Assembly: GCF_009914755.1 (NCBI RefSeq)
Contig: NC_060933.1
Direction: 5' to 3' (one strand)
Length of the DNA: 64,000 nucleotides
Source: the human T2T-CHM13v2.0 reference genome, Homo sapiens
The notes beneath the pieces were generated by a model. That model was not told where the DNA came from, made no database searches, and saw only the letters and a list, made by a program, of their open reading frames with translations. A program made the translations under genes and the position numbers. Positions 40,825-54,613 of the stretch are shown here, piece after piece (within the stretch, counting starts at the first letter, position 1; the number at the start of each line of letters is the position of its first letter).

Positions 40825-43800
40825 TACTGACAAAAGCATCTTTTAATTAAAGTGTCCAACTTGGGACTATGAGGTGGACTATGACTGACTATGAAGTGAC
40901 TATGACTATGAAGTGGGCCTGGAGATGAAGAGGGAGCCTCTGGGGGGCCCTGGGAGTGCTTGGAGCCTACTTCCCTCATTGTCTTTATCCCTCTGATTGG
41001 GCCTGTCCATCTGCTGGTCTGTCTCATCATTATGCCCCACAATGGTAGGGACTGAGAACTTATTTATCTTACACATGGTAGGTCTCAACAGACAGATGAA
41101 TAGATGATACTTAAATGGAGGAATGATCACAGCTTGGAAAGAGGAACTCCACTGAGGCAGAGGGCAAGGCAGCACCTTCTCTCCCCTGGCAGTAGCAGCT
41201 CTTGCCTCGACACTAAGCTCCCCTCTTGCCAGCCCCCGCTGCAGAGCTGCCGTCAGAGGTCTCCATGGAGCTGCCCTGGCTAGCTGCACAGGCACCGGCT
41301 TTGCCAGGTGGTGAGATGAAGGCAACCGTCTCAACGGTCTCCATCCCCACTGGCAAGCTAAATCTTCTTAAATAACGAAATCCACAGAAACACAGACCCA
41401 AGGCGAGGATTTTTTTGAGGTTAAAATAGGTGCTCTCTCTGGCTGGTTAAGATGATTTTGCCAGGGCAGGGTACAGTAGCTTTAACAGACATATCACATG
41501 GCTGCAGTCCCTGCTTGTTTTGAGAGCTGGTGTGGGCTCGAGAGGAGGTGTCTGGGCTTGGGTTTCCAAGCTGGTGAAGCGGCCCTGGGCAGGTTCTCTC
41601 ACGTCTCTGAGCTCCAGCTCTGGGTCAATAAAATGGGGCTAATGGTCCCTTCCTCAAAGGGATGTGGTGGAGACAACAAAAAAGATACCAAGGAGTCTGT
41701 TGGTTTCCAAAAAAAGAGAATATATACCATTAGGGCTACGTGAGTGCATTAGGTGATTCATAGATGAACACTTAAAATTGTTTTATATGTTAGAAAAAAC
41801 TGGGACTAGTATATCAAGCCTATAATTTTACCAATGGCATCTCTGAAGATGAGGCTAAGATGCTATAGATGTCAGGTCTGAGTCTTATTTAAAGAAAACT
41901 ATCAAGTAAAGAAAATAGTATAGATGGTAAGAGAGTGTGGTAAAAACTTCTGAAATGAAACTCAAGAGACTGTTCTTTGGGAAGAATATCAAGTCCTTAA
42001 AACTCATGCCTGCCGGTAGTAGGTGCTCTAGAAACCGTACTTCTTACGGTCAAGAGCCCATCAAACCAGGGACCCGGGAAAAGACTCAAGGACAACCTAC
42101 CATAAGGGCAAAGCTGGAAAGAGTTAAAAGAAAGGGGTCTGTGGTTTCCCTGGCTCAAGCCCCCCTCCCTCTGCAGCTAATCTGTCACCTAATGAAGAAG
42201 GGGCCGGCATAAGTGAGCTAGCTGGCAGTTCACTTACAGCAAACTGATTAAGAATGTTCAACCAACAGCAGACTGTAGACCTTTCCAGAGAAAATAAATA
42301 GAGTGTAGACTGTATGCAAATGTGTTTGTCACTTTGACAGCACGTCTCAATTAAGGCATCTCGCGGCTGTGGGTAGGCTCTGCGGCTGCAGCTGGAAGGG
42401 AGAGCCCGCTGCATGGCTGATACTAGGGGCTTGACCTTAATCCGCATGCATGCATTAAAAAAAAAAATCCTGCCTTCCTGTACACTTGCATAATGCTGGC
42501 AGCCACGTGAGGGAAGTGACAAACAGGGAAAAAAAGCCACTTTCATCCTCTCCAGTTTGCAGACCTGTGAAGGCACAGACAGCTCTTATTTCAACAGAGT
42601 TTGGGGTGGCTTTTTTAATTGTTTATCCCCCACCCGTGCACACACACATACTCTTATTCTGCATTTAGCTGGGAATGACATTAAAGAATCTCTACTTCTG
42701 GCTGAAATGGAAAGAAGGTCTTTCTCCATTTCAAATAGGGCCTCCTTTTTTTGTGTTTCGAAAATGGAATGTTTAACACCATGAAATCCCTCTCCCCCGC
42801 CCCCTCTTTCTCTGTAATGGGCTCCAAACTCCAGTGAGGGGCTCCTTTCATGGGAAGGTTAGTGTGTGCAGGAATGAGGACAAAGGAAAGCAGGAAGCTG
42901 ACTCTGGAATGCCACGCTGGCGACAACCAGGGGCTGTGCTTTCAGCAAACACAGCCAGGGAACTGGGGTGCAGATTGCTCCAACAGGGCCTGAGCCTGGA
43001 GCTGGGGGGAGGCAGCTCTTCAGGGGAGCAGACACCAGTGCAATTTGAAAATACTTATTAACTAAATGAGTATCACCCTGTGGATTCTTCTTTCTTGCGT
43101 TTCAATTTTTATAACATCCTTTTAAGTATAAAATCAGAAAAGGGGATGAACCTCCCCAAGTTAAAGATGTATAAACATATATTATCTGAAAATATTGATT
43201 AGAGAAGAGTGACTTTTATGTTCCAACCAACTCACCCCTTACAGTAGTAACCTGGAGCAAGAATTTTGTGAGTTTCGTTCATTTCTGAATAGCTCAATGC
43301 CTGGTGCATAGTAGGCACCTGATAAAGGTCTGTTTAAAACAGGAATGTAGGCTTCTAGGTCCTTTACATGTGGTGAAATAGCAATCACATTTAAGATAAA
43401 AATCATGAAGACTCTTAATCATGCATCATCTAATAAATGGCTACAGAATCAGGTGATTTAAAAATAAATAACCTTGCAAATTCTTGTTACAGCCATATCT
43501 TGCTAAAAGAGCCATTTCTCATAAATCTCTCCAAATGATGACTTTCGCTAACCAAAAGTCAATTCAGGACAGGTAGGAAAGGGTACATAATCTTTTTTAA
43601 CCAAAAATATAATTACAAGTAGGAAGGGGATACAAAATTTTAGTTTCTATACAGAGTGGAATGTTTTACTTAAGGGAAAAAAAATTAAATAGACAATTTT
43701 TCTAATGCTCAGGTAGTTGAAAACAGTTGCTTAAAAAATTGAATCTCTAGAATTGTAGCACGGGTGTTTACTCTCAGAAGCACGACTCCTGATATTGATT

Positions 43801-44223
43801 TTCAGGAAGTACATTAATAAAGAACTCCTAATTGATTTTTTTTTTAAGACTTCGCTTGTTGCCTTTTATTTGAAGGTGCAAAGAAGGGCCCGGGATGCTA
43901 AAGTGTTCTAATGAGATGCTTAGCTAACAGAGGCACCTTAAGCAGAGTGCCTTGGAGTACGGGAGGCAGCAGTGCATTTAATGACTTCATTCAACAGTCC
44001 CGCTCATTTATGACCTCAGCCGTGCTGTCTCCTCAAAATTTTTGAAAATTTGCCTGCAAAACATGTTTGCACCAAATAAACATTTAAAGATGTGAAAACC
44101 TCCATGGAGCTGCACTGCCAAAGAGAACTGAAATGCAAAACCGTCTGCTGCATGTGCTACTGCTGCTAAAAACAAAAATAAAAAAAAAACAAAACAGACA
44201 GGTAGGAGGGCCAGGGTACACAC

Positions 44224-44355
44224 CTGTCCAAAGTGGACTGTGATTGGCCGCCGGTCTTCTCGGAGCTTGGGGTCCTTGGCCTCCACCAGTGGGGACGGTG
44301 CAGTCTTTGGCAGCTGCTCTTCTGGGGTGGGGGCGCAGCCATTCTCGGCAATGTC
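44224..44355 (-). CDS. DENND1A: DENND1A coding exon (exon 19), DIAENGCAPTPEEQLPKTAPSPLVEAKDPKLREDRRPITVHFGQ
   Basis: Acceptor cctacag|GAC, donor CAG|gtgtgt; 132 nt, phase 0/0. Confidence 0.96.
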
Positions 44356-44699
44356 CTGTAGGGAGAAGGATAGTCAGCGGTTGGCACTGGGGTTCTGGCA
44401 CCCATGTTCCCTCTCACCCCACAACGAAGAGGCCTGCCAGGCGACTCTCTCCGTGACATTCTGAGCCTGACCTCTTGATGAAGATGGAGGGAATGGAGGG
44501 CTAACTTGGCTCTTTGACTTTTAAGAACTAGAGAAACCCAAACCATCCATGTGAAGTTATAAAGATAACATCATAATTCACAACAGTGGGGAAAACAATT
44601 ATTATTGTTCATCCTACTCTCTTACACAGCCATTTTCATTTTTATGTATTTACTTTGTCCACATGCAGACGTTTAAAAATTACTTGCAATCACAGCTCA

Positions 44700-45230
44700 T
44701 GCATAATTTTATATCCTGCTTTTCCCCACTATATTATAAGCATTTTCATGTTGTTACAAAGTCATTACAAAAATAATTTTACTGAATGCATATTTCATTG
44801 AGCGGATATACAATAATTTAATATACCACGATTCAATATTCTACTACTATTGGGCATTTAGGATTCTAATTTTTTTTTAAACATTCAAAATGCCAGTGAT
44901 ATATACTGCAGTTTTTCTTTCTTTCATATTATCTCTTTTTATGGAAATCCCCAGGAATGAAATTACTAGGACAACAGATATAAACATTTTCAAGGGTTTT
45001 TATTCATCCTATCCAATTGCTTTCCAATTTACACCAACTACCAACAATGGATGCATTACCAGTTTCACGATACTTGTGAGCTGTATCATTTTAAAAATGT
45101 ATCGCTAATTTAATAGGTGAAAAATTTGACTTGTTGCTTTAATTTGCATTACTTTAATTATGAGTATGGACAGTTTTTCCACATTTGTTTACTGATGATG
45201 TTGTTGTTTGTGAATAAGATGTGTTTGTTC
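44700..45230 (-). mobile_element. Probable ancient L1M fragment
   Basis: AT-rich; ccaattgctttcca...gttgctttaatttgcatt resemble reverse L1M ORF2/3' sequence; boundaries approximate. Confidence 0.55.
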
Positions 45231-47536
45231 CTACCCCTTCTTACACCTCATCTTTCTGGCAGAAAATAAAAAGATTGAAGTCTGACTCAGGACTCTATGA
45301 CTTGGGAAACATTTAGGGACCAAAGAAATCTTTTTAAATCCAGAAATTTACATTTAATTTGTGCTTCTGATGACTGAAGTCAAATTATCAGGAAAAGAAA
45401 AACCACAATGTGCAAAAGGCAGGCCATGGCTCCGGTGGCTGAAGCTGGCAGCTGACTATACACGTGGGTCATTTGGAACATGGATGGGGCCACTCATGCA
45501 ATAAGGGTCCCGTGTTTTATTCAAGTCAAGGAAGTTGCTTAAACCTTCATTGGAACAAGGCAGAGAATACATGTACAAATAAATATTTAAATAATCATGT
45601 TTCTTACCAAATAAAAATAACTCAGCCAGAATTATATAATGAACACAAGTTCCAATTATTTTCATTGCAAAACAAATATACACTTTGATCAACAAAACAT
45701 ATCCCCTTAGTACTCATTAAATTCTGCACATGAGAAACTTGATACTTGGTTGCTCCTAACTTCTCAGCTAAGAGAGAATGGTGGGACATGGAGGAAAGTA
45801 ATTCCTTATTGAAAAATTATGCATTAAGGAAGAAACATATATACATCTCTAAGACTCAGTTTCCTCATCTGTGAAATGGGCATATGGTAGCATGAAGATT
45901 AAAGGAGACAGATAATACAACTGAGTGTCAAGAATATTATTAGCTATTCAGTAAATTATAGGAATTACCATATTACTACCAATTACTACCATTACTACCA
46001 ATATTTGACCTCACACATCCAGCTGCCTACCAGCTGGCCTCCTTTCCTAAGGAATCAAGGCTGCCTGTAGAGGCCAGACCTGAGAAGTCTGTACTGCTTG
46101 GTAAACAACAAAGGGAGATGATGACCTCCTGGCTTTACTGGGAGGGCTTGGATCAGGTGGCCCACGTTTGATCAACCAGTCTCAGCCAGGCTGAGGCTCA
46201 GTGATGAAAGAGGCTGTCGATGGCCAAACAGAAACAGCTCTTTTGGAAAGGGGCTGTCCAAAGGTGCTCAGGTCAAGTGGAAAAAGATGGGGAGGGGTTC
46301 CATCTGTGCTAGAAAACAACAATGGGCAAAAGGGGCATTTTGGATCCAGGTGAAGATCCTACAAGATAGATATGAGAGAATGAATAAGGTCAAACATGAA
46401 CAAATTCACTTTTGGTTCAGGTAAAATTTTGTGCGTGGGTGTGTGTGCCTGTTTGTGTTTGGCTGAAAAAAAAATGAAGCTGCAAGGTAATATGGTAAGA
46501 AAATCTGGGTATTAATAGAAAACTCTAAGGTAATAGTTATTTAGAAAAAAAGAACAATTCATGTAGTAGTTTTGGAAAAAGCATCTTAGTTCACGCTTAT
46601 AAGTAAAAATACTATCGTCTAGTTTTGTTTTTCCCATTAACTAGTTGTCTAATCTTTCCAAATCACTCAACCTCTCTGCACCTATTGCCTTATTTTTGCA
46701 ATGGGAGACTACCACCTGCTTGGCAAACATCAAAGCTACTGGGAGAATGGGTGAAATGAGATAGGAGGAAGCTTTGAAAAATGTCACAGCACTGTGCAAA
46801 TTGAACCTCAATTTGCAAAACGGAGAGAGCACCTGCTAAAAAGAAGAGTTTCCCTGTGTGGACGGCCTACCCCTGTGCTTTTCCAGACCCTTGACCTTCA
46901 TTCTCACACTTAGTTCCCACAATGATCACAAGGTAAATGGGATTATCCTGCTTTTATAGGTGAGGAAATAGGGCTCAGAAGGGGTAACTTACCCAAAGCC
47001 ACATAGTTAGAAGGTGGAATAACCCAGAGCTATGGGAGTCCTGGTGCTTTTATGCCATATCATCCCATAACGACAGCACAAGTGAAGGTATTCTGAATTA
47101 AGGAGCTGCTCAAAAAGTGCTCAGATGTAATCTTCTCCTCGGAAGCTCCTGGCTACACTGATCATAGGCTGCCATGCTTAGCACTATCTTATTTTTGTAT
47201 CTCTATCAACTGTAAGTTCGTTGGGGTCTGGGTTCTCTAACCTAGAGCCTTGAATCTAGCACATGCTGTCAAATAAACCTTTGTAAAGTGGAGTTAAACA
47301 TTTGGAAGGGAAATGTGTCCAATACACAGATGTACCTGCGTGTCAAAAAGCAGTGCTGCACCTTCATTTATTAGAAGATCCAAAGATGCAAAAGGTTTCT
47401 TATAAAGTCCTGTGGTGCAGGCCACCAATTTATTAGCCTCTTTACTATTCCCTCCACCTGAAGAAGGACAACAGCTTCCTCTCAGGATGCCACAGGCAGC
47501 ACAAGAGGAGGAGCCCACGTCAAGGAAGAAATAAGA

Positions 47537-47832
47537 GGCTGGGTGTGGAGGCTCACGCCGGTAATCCCAGCACTTTAGGGGGTCGAGGTGGAAGGATCAC
47601 TTGAGCCCAGGAGTTTGAGACCAGCTTGAGCAACATGGGGAAACCCCATATCTACAAAAAAATATAAAAATTAGCTGGATGCGGCAGTGTATGCCTGAAT
47701 TCCCAGCTGCTTGGGAGGCTGAAATGGGAGGATCACCAGAGCTTGGGGAGGTTGAGGCTGTAGTGAGCCGTGATCAGGCCACTGCACTCCAGCCTGGGCA
47801 ACAGAGTGAGACCCTGTCTCAAGAAAAAAAAA
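47537..47832 (+). mobile_element. AluJ
   Basis: ggatcacttgagcccaggagtttgag (AluJ diagnostics). Confidence 0.92.
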
Positions 47833-48248
47833 AGGTGGGGGGCATTCAAATTCTCTGTTCTATCTCCTGGTAGAGATCTTATACGTAGTAGGGAGCTAAT
47901 AACAGCAACTTTTGATACCCATGATTAAAGAAACTGTGGCCTAAGCACTAACGTAGCTGTCAGCAAAGGGCTTGAGAAAACAGGTACTCTCATACCCTTC
48001 TCATGGGAATATAAATTGGCAATTTATATGAAAAACCTAAAAGATGTATATGCCCTTTGGCCCACTGCTCCCATTTTTAGAAATTTATCCTAATGAAATA
48101 ATATGAATTTCTTCTAAGTCTTACCTATGTGGATATTTGTCTAGAAAAAATTGGAACTCATGTAAGGGTCCAACAATGGGAATATTAAATAATGTATATA
48201 TGTCCATCAGATAAAATCTGATGTAGTCATTTAAAATAATGACATGTG

Positions 48249-48532
48249 GGCCTGGTGCAGTAATCCTAGCACTTTGGGAGGCCAAGGTGGGCAGATCGCT
48301 TGAGGTCAGGAGTTTGAGACCAGCCTGGCCAACGTGGTGAAACCCCGTCTCTACCAAAAATACAAAAATTAGCCAGGCATGGTGGCGGACGCCTGTAATC
48401 CCAGCTATTTGGGAGGCTGAGGCAAGAAAATTGCATGAACCAGGGAGGCAGAGGTTGCAGTGAGCCGAGACTGCGCCAGGCAACAGAGTAAGACTCCATC
48501 TCAAAAAATAAAACAAAACAAAATAAAATAAA
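48249..48532 (+). mobile_element. AluS with small internal deletions
   Basis: Alu consensus with A-rich tail. Confidence 0.9.
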
Positions 48533-49452
48533 GACATGGGGAAGAAGTATTTAGTGGTCTGGGAAATGCCCAGGATATAGTACATGAAAATGCAGGTTAT
48601 AAAATGAGATTATTTTTTGTTCCTCTGATTTGCTGAGTTTTCCTCAATAAACATGAATTTTGTTTGAAACAGGAAAAAACCTGACCTTCTAAATGTCATT
48701 TTTAAAAAGCAGAAACAAGAAGCTAGCAGGAGGGTTAAACCTGCTTCTTCCCGAAGGGTCACACAGGAGGAAGACGCCAGACAGAGCTACATATCAGGGG
48801 CCACCACAGGGTGGCAAATCTCTTCCTGGAGCCCCGAGGCTCAGCTCAGAGAGTTACGGGGGTCCTGCCAGTTCCCGTCCCTCGGTAAAGCAAGGCAGTC
48901 AGAAAGTCATTGTATTCCTATTATTTTCCTTGAGTGTTTACTGGAATCAGAAGCCATGACTATGCTCTAACCTCCAGCCCTCTGAGAAGAAGGCAGGCAC
49001 GGCATACGGTAAGTCTCTGGACATGAGTCTCCATGAGAAATCGGGGAGGTAAGGACCCAGGGTCTCGGGAGACTAGAGGACAAAGAGGGTTCTGGGTGGC
49101 CTTGGGTAGGGGTTGGGGTGGGAGCTGAGGAAAGGACTTATGAGCCAGTGATGAAAGAGTAGAGCCCCAGGCCCAGGGAGGCAGACAGCAGGGCCTGCTG
49201 CGGCCCAGCGGCCAGGGCATTCCACCCCTGGGCTGCCCCCAGGCAAGGAGGTGGAAGGTTTGAAAGGTCTGAAATGTTTTAACCAAGGGAGTGACTTGGT
49301 CAGTGCTGGGTCCTACAAAGATTCCCCTGGTGGTTGTATGGACAACCTCAAGGGAGGTGATTCATTCACGCTGGACATGGTCTCCAGGTGTGTGCACATG
49401 GGTATGTGGGCAGACTGGCTGTTCCAGATGTGGGACATAAGAAGACAGAGAG

Positions 49453-49768
<316 letters not shown>

Positions 49769-49779
49769 TCAATTATTCA

Positions 49780-49970
49780 GTGCCTACTAAGTGTTGCTGT
49801 CTCAACACATTATCTCTTCTACTCCTTCCAACGATCCAGCAAAAACCTGTATTTCCCCTAGTTTACAGATGAGAAAAACTAGGTTCAGTGAGGTCTCGTA
49901 ACTTATCCAAGGTCACATAGTTAATATCCTACACAACCAGCACTGAGTCCCACTTGCCTGCCTCAGAAGC
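49780..49970 (-). mobile_element. MIR SINE
   Basis: tttacagatgagaaaactaggttcagtgagg...aacttatccaaggtcacatag; boundaries approximate. Confidence 0.7.
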
Positions 49971-50429
49971 CCAAACACCACATCACCATGTGGGGGAGTT
50001 GAAAGGCCCCTATGGGCAGAGGCCTTCCCGTCTGACTCATGCTGCGGGTGTGAGAACTCCCGTCTCCATTTACAGACTCGTGCCGCACCCTTCTTTTCCC
50101 AGGCCACCTCACAGCACAGCAAATGCAAATTAAAATATGAATATTGATATCAAAATAGTAACCAAAGTTGGAATTTCTGTGATTGAGGCTGCAGCGTATT
50201 TTAATGTGTCGGGAGACAGGGAGCTGACAGTTGTGTGATAAGGTGTGAAAATGTCTGTTCTACAAGTCTACCTAGCTCTCCCGGCCCCACGCATGCTTAC
50301 TCACTCCCTTCAATGGGAACAGTTTGGCCAGAAATTCAAGCCTCTGTGAAACCAACTGTGAATTTGCTCCTTTCAATCACAGAGACTCTAAATCAACAAG
50401 CTCGATTTGTCTTTTAAAGATCAAAGATT

Positions 50430-50702
50430 TGTAATCCCAGCACTTTGAGAGGCCTAGGAGGGAGGATCACTTGAGCCCAGGAGTTTGAGACCAGTATGGG
50501 CAACACAGCAAAACTCTGTCCCTAAAAAAAATTAGCCAGGCATGGTGGTGCATGCCTGTTGTCCTAGCTACTCTGGAGGTTGAGGCGGGAGGATCCCTTG
50601 AGCCTGGGAAGTCAAGGCTGCAGTGATTGTGCCACTGCACTGGGAGACAGAGTGAGACCCTGTTTCAAAACAAAGAAAAACAAAATAAAAAAAAGAAAAG
50701 AA
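50430..50702 (+). mobile_element. AluJ (5'-truncated)
   Basis: TSD aagatcaaagatt. Confidence 0.9.
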
Positions 50703-53118
50703 GAAGATCAAAGATTCAGAAACTTTACAAAGGGCTGTGAAATGGGCCCATTTGGCTAAATCATTTTGATACCGAAGAAAAAAGAGAAAAATTTCAGGGG
50801 TTCCTCAATAGGCAAAAGAGGACATCCCTACGTGCCTATCTTAACGTTGCCTGCAGGTGAGGAGAAATGGATTTGTGGCCACTGCTTTTAAAGCAGGGCA
50901 TTCTCATGCCAGCCCTGCATGGTGCTGCAGTGGGATGCAATTTGTTGACAGTCATGAGCCCATCCAGGAGGCATTCTTCTGGCAGGGAGACACTCCAGAT
51001 GAAAGCACTACACTCTTCCTTAGAAAGCAATGGCTGGGTAGCATCTTTGCCATTTCTTCTTTTTCCCAATTTTGAGCAAGTCAGACTTCAAAGGAGGCCA
51101 AGCTACAGAAGAACCTGACCACCTTGCTCCATTTATCTAGAGAAATATGTTATCCATCCTTCTTTTTTTGTTGTTGGGTTGAAGCAGAGCAGGTATGGAA
51201 TAAAGTCACACCATCGGATCTATTAACAATTATTTGCCAATGGTCACACAGATATCCTGAAAGCTCCGATTTCAAATGCTTTGAAAATCTGCAGCACAAA
51301 TGAACAAGGGTTGGAGAAGGGGCCCAGCTCAGTCATATTAGAGATGGACCCTCCATACATCATGGTGACCTCTCCACAGGTCGGCCCCACATTTTCTATT
51401 TGCAATTCAAACCCAAGGCGAGGGTGAAGAGGGCAAGCTTGGGTTCTTGATTATATCTGCAAGGTCACCATTGCTATGCAGAGTTAGAGGAGGCCAGGTG
51501 GCAACCCAGCACATTTGAAAATTGGATCTTTGTTGGAAACTGCCTCGATTTCATGGCAGAAACCAAACTTGAGATGTCTATATTAGAGGCATCTGGGGAG
51601 TCACGAGGTACATTCGTTGCCAGATAAAGGGGAGGAGGGAAAGGGGAGAAGGACAAAAAAAAAAAAAACAAGGAAATATTTTCTACTGCTATGTGAGAGG
51701 TCAGGTGCAGCCAAATCCTAAATTAGCTCAAGAAAGGGCGCTGGAGAGTGCTGGAGCCCCAAGTCCCGTAGATGCGAACAATGCTAGAGTTTCAATTACA
51801 AAATAGCTCTCTTCCAAGAACAACTGCAAAATATCAAGTCTGTGGAAATCTGTACGACCGAAGGGGGGAAAAGTGAAAATTGAAAAGGGTGCACTAATAG
51901 ATCTGTCAACAGTCCGATGGTGACAAGCCACATTTCTATAAAATGCCTTCACCATTTGTGTCACCTGAAATGTACTGACGCTCTCTATAGAACATTATCT
52001 CCTGAAGCTATTCTTGAAAAGACTGGCAGGGGGAAGGGAAGGGGAGGGAGACATCTGCTTTAGATACTATCAAGGAACAGAAAGGGAGAGAGAGTGGAAG
52101 GAAAGTGATCTAGATTGTTTAAACAAATCTTTGAACAACCACATTAAAAAATCTGAGCTTAACTGGTTATTTGCAGAAATGTTACTTATCATAAGAAGGG
52201 GATTTTCCTAAGGCCAGAGGCTTGCACATACAAGTAGGGAGGTAAGGTGATGTCTGTAGCTTAACGGTCTGCAGAGAGTGGATCTGACCAATGAGGGCGC
52301 ATGGGGCCTTTGCCTGAGGAGGGACCCCTTTCTTTGCTTACTTCAGGGGATATTCTGATACCAACGAGCCTACGATCCAGGCATCAAGGAGGGAAAACTC
52401 TCCGCTCCCTGCCACTCCATTTTATATCTGCAATCCATTTCAGCTACATGCAACTGGGATGGGAGATAAAAAGGTATATTTAGGGACTTAAATAACATCC
52501 AAGTAAAGAATGCCACCTGCCAGTCTCTGGCAGGGTGCAAACAGACTACAGTTTAAGGTCTATCTGGATTTACATTACAGAGCTTTTATTTCAGGATGTG
52601 AATCTCAGCTGTTAAAAATCCACTCTCAGCTGAAACTAAGAATTTAAATGCTTAGTCAGAGCAAATTATTTTCCAATTAAAAGAAAGGAATCAATTCCTT
52701 CGACCCTTTCAAGTTAATTAGAGGTCCTTTCTGACTTCAGAAAATTAAAACTGCTTTCAATTTTTTAAAAACTGCAGAGCTAGACAAAGGGCCTTATTAG
52801 AGTGGTACGTTTGGGGGCATAGGGATAATGAAGTAGGTGATCCCAAACATCTTTTGGAAAACAAAACACTTGTTTGAGGAAGGCAGTGTGCAATGCAGTA
52901 GTGGTAAGAACACACAGCCACCAGAAGTCGATGGAGCTGGGATCCAATTCTGGCTCTGCTAGGCTCAAGGTGGCCCTGGGCAAATGACTTCACCTCTGAA
53001 CTGTGGTCTGTTTACTCATGAAATGGGAACAATACTCCACAGGGCTGTTCTGAGGATTAAGTGTGAAAGCTCCTAGTCTGGACCACCCTTAAGAGGAGCT
53101 TAAAGAAGGGTGGCAACA

Positions 53119-53438
<320 letters not shown>

Positions 53439-53524
53439 TTATGATGATGGCATTCATAATAATATAAAAAAGCCCTCCCTCTTACAGTAACCTCACTGTC
53501 TAAGTCCAGAAATTCAATCTGGGG

Positions 53525-53925
53525 GCATAAAAAGGAATGAATCAATGGCACTTGCAGCAGCCTGGATGGGATTGGAGACTCTTATTCTAAGTGAAATAAC
53601 TCAGGAATGGAAAACCAAACATTGTATGTTATCACTCACAAGTGGGAACCAAGCTATGAGGATGCAAAGGCATAAGAATGAGACAATAGACTTTGCGGAC
53701 TCGGGGAAAGGCTGGGAAGGGGGTGAGGGATAAAAGACTACAAATTGGGTTCAGTGTACGCTGCTCAGGTGATGGGTGCACCAAAATCTCACAAATCACA
53801 GCTAAAGAACTTACTCATGTATCCAAATACCACCTGTTTCCCCCAAAGGCTATGGCAATAAAAAAATTAAAATAAAATAAAATACAAAAGAAGTCAGATA
53901 AAAAAAGAAAAAAAAAAAAAAAAGG
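53525..53925 (+). mobile_element. L1PB-type 3' end with poly-A tail
   Basis: gaaataactcaggaatggaaaaccaaac...ggtgatgggtgcaccaaaatctcacaaatc; TSD-like attca..ctggggg on both sides. Confidence 0.88.
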
Positions 53926-54556
53926 GAGATTCAGGCTGGGGGAATCTTAGCCAGGACATAGCTGGGATGATATCCCACTTTTACTGACGGCTGGTGAAGA
54001 CAATCAGAGCCCTCCCCTCCCCACTCAGAGTCTCAACAGCGCCCACTGGGTTCTGCTCACTTGGTCCCCCAGGGCGAGGTAAGCCCACGGCATTCTGCTC
54101 AGCCCCACCCCCTATGCTGTGTCTGGGCGGTGGCCACGTGCATGCTGGACCATGGCAATCATTCCCTAGAGATGCTCCTTGGTTTTGGTTACAACCGGCC
54201 CTGGGGCAGAGGTCAGCCATAGCGGGTGGGCAGGTGCCAGATGGGAACACCAAGCCAATTTCTACAGACGCCTGTGAACTCAGGCCTGGTGGGGTGGGCA
54301 AGGGACAGCCCGACAGTGGCAACTCTGAACTTGCTTGCCTTTGTGGGTTTAAGCCAGAGTCTTAATGTTATTTGAAGACAGTTTTTTGTCTGTGAATATT
54401 TATAACAGTGTGAAAACTCCCGGACAGCTGGTAATGCATTTTGAAGTGTGTTAACAACACTGTATCAAACAGCCCTCTATTGATCCCCTCATACTTTTTT
54501 GTGGCCATGCATTTCATACATGGTGCTTATACATTTTGAATAAGAACTTCAAGTAC

Positions 54557-54613
54557 CTTTTGCTTCAAGCGGTTTTTCACCTCTTTTATTCCCATTTTTG
54601 CATGATCTTTTGC
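54557..54613 (-). CDS. DENND1A: DENND1A coding exon (exon 18), AKDHAKMGIKEVKNRLKQK
   Basis: Acceptor catgcag|GCA, donor AAG|gtactt; 57 nt, phase 0/0. Confidence 0.95.

Noticed and set aside
42124-42576. 150-aa minus-strand ORF
   Set aside because: Non-ATG start, no similarity I recognise, and it crosses a mononucleotide run; treated as non-coding.
46340-46860. Several splice-like motifs (ttttttttcag and ctttttagcag|gt on the minus strand; cag|gtaaaa on the plus strand)
   Set aside because: I could not pair an acceptor and donor into a credible exon; such motifs are common in introns and partly MIR-derived.
51728-51964. 78-aa ORF starting right after a tttcag| acceptor, in phase with exon 18
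   Set aside because: The polypyrimidine tract is poor, the peptide is unrecognisable, and I saw no convincing nearby poly(A) signal.
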